NCBI GenBank assembly: GCA_038245725.1
Contig: JBBRSD010000006.1
Location: 41,036 to 105,035 of the forward strand
Reading direction: 5' to 3'
DNA from: Coriobacteriia bacterium
Lineage (GTDB): Bacteria; Actinomycetota; Coriobacteriia; Anaerosomatales; JAAXUF01
DNA: 64,000 nt
How positions within the stretch are numbered: the stretch's first letter is position 1; the number at the start of each line of letters is the position of its first letter. The notes beneath the pieces are model-generated. The model saw only the letters and a program-made list of their open reading frames with translations. It made no database searches and was not told the origin of the DNA. This document shows positions 59,739 through 64,000 of the stretch, one piece after another. The position numbers and the translations under genes are program-made.

Positions 59739-60443
59739 GTGGCATCTCGGCAAGAAGTGGTTCTGCTCGGTAAGGAGAGCTGCGGCAAGGACACGGTGAT
59801 CCTCCGGTTCTCACGGCCGACCCGGTTTGAGTTCGCGTCGGGTCAGTGGTTCCGGCTGGCGCTGGCAACCGACGAAGGCGACCTCGCCGAGACGTTCTCA
59901 GTGTGCTCGGCGCCGAGCGATCCGGAGCTGATGATGGCGACCAGACTGACCGGAGCCCCCTTCAAGCGTGCACTCGCCGCGCTCGTGCCGGGCGACCGCG
60001 CATCGATCATGGGTCCCGGCGGGCATCTCGCGCTGCCGCCGAGCACCGATCGGGTCGCGTTCCTCGCGGGCGGCGTGGGAATCACGCCGGTGCGATCGAT
60101 CCTGCGCGACGCTCGAGCGCACGGCCGCGTGTTCGCAGACGCCCTCCTCCTCTACGGCAACCGCGACGAGACGTGCGTGCCCTTTGCAGACGAGCTCCTC
60201 GGCATGGGCGATGTCGGCTTGCGCACGGTGGTGTGCCTCGAGGAGCCGTCGGACGCCTGGAAGGGCGAGCGCGGACTCATCACCGCCGAGACCATCCGGC
60301 GCCACATGGACCCCGCGGACGGCCGCGTCTTTCTTGTCGCCGGCCCGCCCGCGATGGTCGATGCGATGGAGCGCGTGCTTGATGAATTACTGGTGAAGGA
60401 CGATCGTCGGCTGTTCGAGCGCTTCGGGATGGTCGGGCACTGA
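59739..60443 (+). CDS. FAD/NAD(P)-binding ferredoxin-reductase-like oxidoreductase
   Basis: FEFASGQW, GPGG, FLAGGVGITPVRS, LLYGNRD, VAGPPAMV, FERF; GTG 59739 with GGAGG RBS. Confidence 0.88.
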   Translation: MASRQEVVLLGKESCGKDTVILRFSRPTRFEFASGQWFRLALATDEGDLAETFSVCSAPSDPELMMATRLTGAPFKRALAALVPGDRASIMGPGGHLALPPSTDRVAFLAGGVGITPVRSILRDARAHGRVFADALLLYGNRDETCVPFADELLGMGDVGLRTVVCLEEPSDAWKGERGLITAETIRRHMDPADGRVFLVAGPPAMVDAMERVLDELLVKDDRRLFERFGMVGH

Positions 60444-60626
60444 GCGGCGACGAGCGGACGATTCGTGGTCGCAGAGTTCTTTATGCTGGATAGCCGCCAG
60501 TCGAAGCTCGGCGGTTACCGACGCCGTTCGACTCCGGGAACAGTCCTCTCGTCCGTAGCTCGAGCAATGATTCACTAATCTCGCTACACTTCACTAGGGC
60601 GGACCTCCTACTTCTGTAGGAGGTGC

Positions 60627-61037
60627 TTGCATCAGAACGGCCGCGCTCTGCAACGCGACGAGAACGGGTACGACGTGTATGACCTCGAAGGGATCCTTGG
60701 TCCCACGGTCACACAGTTCGTTCAGCGACACGTCAGATCTCTGCTGGCGTGGGATATCGTCGTGTTCTTCCATCGCAACCCTGAGGCCGTTCTCGACGCT
60801 CCCGGTTTGGCCACACGGCTCGGCCGTCGGCTCGACGAGATCGAACCCGAAATCCAGATGTTATGCGACGGTCGCATCCTTCAGCGCGCGGGCGGTTTGA
60901 TCCGCTACAAGCCGTCCGAGGGACTTCACGAAGAGGTCGGGGCGTTCGTCGATGCCTGTCAGGACCGCAGCCGCCGCTTGGCGCTCATCGCACTCGTACT
61001 GCGAAGTATCGGGAAGAACTCCGCCGGCACTCTGTGA
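60627..61037 (+). CDS. Hypothetical small protein, possible winged-helix fold
   Basis: AGGAGG RBS before TTG; FVQRHVRSLLAWDIVVFF...LATRLGR...IQMLCDGRIL...IRYKP pattern. Confidence 0.7.
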   Translation: MHQNGRALQRDENGYDVYDLEGILGPTVTQFVQRHVRSLLAWDIVVFFHRNPEAVLDAPGLATRLGRRLDEIEPEIQMLCDGRILQRAGGLIRYKPSEGLHEEVGAFVDACQDRSRRLALIALVLRSIGKNSAGTL

Positions 61038-61068
61038 GGCTTGCGCACGTGCGCGTCGAGATTCGGCG

Positions 61069-62388
61069 TCAGAGCAACTCGGAGACGTCCACGTCGAGCG
61101 CCTCGGGTGCGATGATCTCGACGATGCTCACTTCCTCGAGTCCCAGGTCCACGTCTTTGTCTTCGCTTACCTCGAGCCCGTTTGCATCCCACGCACGTCG
61201 GACGATGGGCAGGAGCGGGTCGTCGCCCGAGCGGGACACGACGCCCGCACTTTGATCTGATAGGCGTACCACGCACCCGACGGGAAAGGGCCCAAGCGCG
61301 TTGGCGAAGAGCCGCGCGAGGAACGGGTCGAAGTACCGGTTCGCCTCTCGGAGCACCTGCACGAGGGCCCGGTCTGGCGTGAGCGCGGGCGTGCCCGGCG
61401 CAGGGCTCGTGAGGTTCTCGTACCGATCGACGATCGAGACGATCCGGCTGTAAGGGTGGCCGACGTAGCCCGGCTCGCGCTCCGGGAATCCGGAGCCGTC
61501 CGCGTACATGTGGTGCTCGTAGGCGACCAGCATGGGCGCGGCGTCATCGAGCGCCAGTTGTTGGAGCATCTCGGCGCCGACCTTGGGGTGTTCGACCCGC
61601 ATGCGTTCGGCCTGTTCGGGATCGTCCGCGTTGAACGCAGCTTTGCCGATGTCGTGCAGGACCGCCGCCGATCCAAGCGACGCGAGCCCCTCGGCGGGTA
61701 GGCCCATGCGATGGCCGAGTACGAGCGCGTAGTTCATCACGTTGAGTGAGTGGAACAGCGCGCGCTCCTCCGGACGGCGCGCGGCCGCCATCGAAAGCAC
61801 CGCCGTCACGTCCTCCGAAAGCCTCGGGATGACGTCTTCTGAGAGCGAGCGTGCCGAGGAGACGGCTGTGAGATCGCCGGCCGTGACCTGCTCGAGCATC
61901 TTGCGGATCGCGGTGACCGAGCGACGGAAGAGCGCGCGGTCCTTCTCGCGCGCGGCGTCGCGTCCGTTGCCGTCGCTTTCTTGCCCCGCACGGGCGAGTA
62001 GTGAGGCAACGACTGACGTCACCCCTCGTGCCGACAGCTCTTGAGAGAGGTCGAGCTCGGGCGTGGGGCGCAGCGACAGGATCTCGGTGAGAGCCACCGC
62101 GTCACTTGCCGAGAAGTCCGCGTGGAAGACGAGCGACTCGATCAGGAGCGACTCGAACGCTTCTGCGACCTGCGGGAGGCCCGGCACGTCATCTGGTATG
62201 GGGAGGCTATCGTGGTAGAGGCGGCCTTGGTGGATGTTGAGCACGAACGGTTCGGCTGAGGCCACCTCGCGGACCGCGCGCTCGAGTTCGGCGACGGCTT
62301 CGGCATAGGCGGGGTGGGTCGAAGGGTAGAGCTGGACCGCTTTGCGCGATCCAGCGAGCGCGGTGACCGCTGCTGCACCTGCGTCCAT
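61069..62388 (-). CDS. HD-GYP-like phosphohydrolase
   Basis: HSLNV, LHDIGK, HPKVGAEML, EHHMYADGSGFP, SRIVSIVDRYENL, FDP; N-terminal LYPSTHP domain. Confidence 0.85.
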   Translation of the reverse strand: MDAGAAAVTALAGSRKAVQLYPSTHPAYAEAVAELERAVREVASAEPFVLNIHQGRLYHDSLPIPDDVPGLPQVAEAFESLLIESLVFHADFSASDAVALTEILSLRPTPELDLSQELSARGVTSVVASLLARAGQESDGNGRDAAREKDRALFRRSVTAIRKMLEQVTAGDLTAVSSARSLSEDVIPRLSEDVTAVLSMAAARRPEERALFHSLNVMNYALVLGHRMGLPAEGLASLGSAAVLHDIGKAAFNADDPEQAERMRVEHPKVGAEMLQQLALDDAAPMLVAYEHHMYADGSGFPEREPGYVGHPYSRIVSIVDRYENLTSPAPGTPALTPDRALVQVLREANRYFDPFLARLFANALGPFPVGCVVRLSDQSAGVVSRSGDDPLLPIVRRAWDANGLEVSEDKDVDLGLEEVSIVEIIAPEALDVDVSELL

Positions 62389-64000
62389 CAGGCACCCGCC
62401 TGCGGTCTGATCGCCAGTGCTTGCGCGACGAGCTGCTGGACTTCGTGGAAATGTCCGCGCTTGATGAGGCTCCTGCGCGACGCGAGCCGGCCGAGCGCCT
62501 CATCGGCGGCGGGCTCGGCGGTGCGAGCAAGCGCGCCGATAAGCTCGCGCCCGCGCGTGAAGTCGGAGTTGTCGATGTCGAGCTCCGCAAGGCGGGCGGC
62601 AAGAAGTGTCGCCGCACCCGGGGTGCCGCTCTTGGCGATCGCACGGGCGGCGATCGCGGCGACCTCCTCGGAGGGGTCGCGAAGACCGGAACCGAGCAGC
62701 GACAACCCGGCCGTGGCGCCGCTGGTAGCGATCGCCGTGAGGATGTCTCGGCGGGCCTGCTCCTCGGGGCGCGACAGCAGCGACTCGATCGTCTGCCACG
62801 AGCGACCGTCGCCGATAGCCGCGAGCCGCTCTACGATTGGCGCCAGCTGGAACCATTGAGCGTTCGGCGCAAGCGCGTTGACCAGGTCCCAGAGCCGCCT
62901 GCCGATGAGCTCCTCGGCGGCGTCGAGCCCTTCGCCTTTGAGCACGATTGCCTCGCTTGCGATGGCGCTGTTCACGGCGTCATCCGAGAAGCGAAGGATC
63001 TGCTTGGCGACAGGAGCGAGCGAGTGGTCGGCGACGACGGCGCGAAGCAGTACTCCGGCAGCTTCGGGATTGACGGCGCCTACGAACAGTTGATGCAGGT
63101 ACGCCGGCAGCTCTGTCCACTCAGGATGACGGGCTTCTCGGGCGGCGAGCTCGTCGAGTATCTCGGCGACGAGGTAGAGCTCCTCGCGGCCAAGCAGGCG
63201 CGGGATCATAGCGGTCAGGCCGGCGGCGCCAGCCTGGAAACGGTCGTATTCGGTCTGCGAGTCCAGCAGCGTGAACATCGTGCGGACGCCCACCATATCG
63301 AGCACCAGCGTCGCTGCGGTCGTGGCCTCGCGGGCGCAGCTCACGTCCTCCTCGTTGACCGAACCGGCATGTACGAGCGTGCGGAAGGTGCGGTCGGAGT
63401 CGACGAGTGCGGGTTCCGGCTGGCCGCTCGTGCGAACGTCGATCATGTGGCCGAGGAACGCGACCTCGGCGGGGCCGTGTCCGGACATCGGGAGCATCGA
63501 GAGCACTTCCTCGCGGAGCGGCTGGGCGACACCGTCAAGGGGCAGATTCGCCAGCGCGCTCGAAAGCGAGAGCATGTTTCGGCCGAACACGCCGCCGAGG
63601 ATCGAGCCGGCGATGTCGATCGCCGACATCAGTGCGAACATCCGAGAAGCGAGTTCGCGTGCGGGGCCCGGTTCGAGCGCGAGGGAGAGCAGCGCGTCGC
63701 GGTTTTCGGCCGGCTGCTCGGTCAGCGTTTCGGAAAGCGTGGTGGCCAGGTTCCCCGTGCCTTCGTCGCCGGTGATCCGCACGAACTCGCCGAGGCTCGA
63801 GCGCAAGGAGTCCTTGTCGCCCGAGGAGACCGACGTGAACCAGTCGCCCAGCTTGTCTGAGCTGTTCGCGATCTCCAGCAGGCGCGTCTCAGAGTCGACC
63901 GCGTCCGCTACGGACTGGTCGAGGGTCACGAGCTGGATGTCGGTGAGCTGCACGGTGCTCACGTTGAGTGCGGCCACGACCGCGCCGATCCCGCCCTCTG
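62388..64000 (-). CDS. HEAT-repeat alpha-solenoid protein (3' part; 5' end beyond the right edge)
   Basis: Frame is open to the window end; C-terminal HEAT-like repeats (LRDPSEEVAAIAARAIAK); stop overlaps the HD-domain start (TGATG). Confidence 0.78.
   Translation of the reverse strand, partial: EGGIGAVVAALNVSTVQLTDIQLVTLDQSVADAVDSETRLLEIANSSDKLGDWFTSVSSGDKDSLRSSLGEFVRITGDEGTGNLATTLSETLTEQPAENRDALLSLALEPGPARELASRMFALMSAIDIAGSILGGVFGRNMLSLSSALANLPLDGVAQPLREEVLSMLPMSGHGPAEVAFLGHMIDVRTSGQPEPALVDSDRTFRTLVHAGSVNEEDVSCAREATTAATLVLDMVGVRTMFTLLDSQTEYDRFQAGAAGLTAMIPRLLGREELYLVAEILDELAAREARHPEWTELPAYLHQLFVGAVNPEAAGVLLRAVVADHSLAPVAKQILRFSDDAVNSAIASEAIVLKGEGLDAAEELIGRRLWDLVNALAPNAQWFQLAPIVERLAAIGDGRSWQTIESLLSRPEEQARRDILTAIATSGATAGLSLLGSGLRDPSEEVAAIAARAIAKSGTPGAATLLAARLAELDIDNSDFTRGRELIGALARTAEPAADEALGRLASRRSLIKRGHFHEVQQLVAQALAIRPQAGA

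Overview
High-GC actinobacterial chromosome segment spanning the replication origin; gene order and content suggest class Coriobacteriia (inference). The left third is the conserved origin block: addB-like (partial)-ytxH-parB-parA-rsmG-(2 parS)-jag-yidC-yidD-rnpA-rpmH, a DnaA-box cluster, an unusual GHKL-ATPase/wHTH gene, dnaA, an oriC unwinding element, then dnaN-recF-dciA-gyrB-(membrane ORF)-gyrA. A HAD hydrolase, a MacAB-type ABC exporter and tRNA-Ile follow. The 21 kb between tRNA-Ile and tRNA-Ala carries a large secreted beta-rich protein, an O-antigen-ligase-like protein, a DEAD-box helicase, a 2947-aa cyclic beta-1,2-glucan synthase, amtB-glnK and a cation/H+ antiporter. The right third has an M6 metalloprotease, an OFA MFS transporter, a KimA-like K+ transporter, two TrkA proteins, small enzymes and a HEAT-repeat/HD-GYP pair. 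Best signals missed by the ORF track: (1) a membrane-anchored rhodanese-thioredoxin fusion read through an in-frame UGA in a UxxC motif, with a SECIS-like hairpin and an upstream CsoR/CstR-type operator; (2) immediately downstream, a ~340-nt structured RNA with its own promoter and terminator that resembles Ms1 RNA; (3) a compact c-di-AMP-riboswitch-like element upstream of the kimA homolog; (4) two sigma-28-type promoters in front of the two large secreted proteins. No CRISPR array, rRNA, transposase or integrase was seen. All calls are by eye and from recalled motifs; no searches were run.
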